NCBI GenBank assembly: GCA_038065655.1
Contig: JBBTQO010000001.1
Coordinates: 2,517-66,516, forward strand
Source: Patescibacteria group bacterium
Lineage (GTDB): Bacteria > Patescibacteriota > Minisyncoccia > Phycocordibacterales > WO2-35-19
Reading direction: 5' to 3'
Length of the DNA stretch: 64,000 nt
In this document: positions 63,999-64,000 of the stretch, piece after piece
Layout: every line of letters starts with the position of its first letter
Position numbering within the stretch: position 1 is the stretch's first letter
Made by a program: the position numbers and the translations under genes
The notes under the pieces: model-generated
Database searches by the model: none
Told to the model about the DNA's origin: nothing
Seen by the model: the letters and a program-made list of their open reading frames with translations, nothing else

Positions 63999-64000
63999 TC

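Noticed and set aside
1-64000. rRNA genes
   Set aside because: No stretch resembling conserved 16S/23S/5S cores was noticed; every long ORF-free region was inspected by eye only, so short 5S-like elements cannot be formally excluded.

Overview
The window is AT-rich (about 35% GC by eye), gene-dense and almost entirely coding. It looks like a reduced-genome bacterium of the Candidate Phyla Radiation / Patescibacteria type. That is an inference from gene content and protein style (short AlaS, giant LamG/DUF2341 surface protein, many standalone small domain proteins), not a database result. Housekeeping core: lepA, murJ, cysS, gltX, aspS, trpS, alaS (short form), the mraY-ftsW-murG cell-wall block, scpAB, and a long minus-strand operon infA-rpmJ-rpsM-rpsK-rpsD-rpoA-rplQ-rplM-rpsI-grpE-dnaK-dnaJ. 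One tRNA-Gly(CCC) is present. Accessory and unusual content: two distinct REP-associated tyrosine transposase (RAYT, IS200-like) genes, each flanked by its own hairpin repeat, with in-frame copies inside the first RAYT and mnmA, and a 26-bp perfect inverted repeat built from the first family's core. A GIY-YIG nuclease gene sits between cysS and tRNA-Gly, bracketed by a 34-nt duplication of the cysS-end/tRNA-5' junction. An ~80-bp MITE-like twin-hairpin element occurs twice. An internally deleted IS transposase remnant lies next to an ALDH/LuxC-like gene and an SMR transporter. A ~1-kb GC-rich foreign cassette (~50% GC) carries one secreted ORF. The most system-like candidates are three clusters. 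The first is divergent ABC exporter / cyanophycin-synthetase-like ATP-grasp ligase / 5-formyl-THF-cycloligase-like / CofE-like gamma-glutamyl ligase, plus a wHTH-GHKL-STAS fusion regulator at the 3' end of the dnaK operon. The second is DNPH1(Rcl)-like / NUDIX / DNPH1-like. The third is an ATP-cone+Mrr-nuclease fusion next to a 4-Cys PD-(D/E)XK nuclease. No rRNA or CRISPR array was seen.
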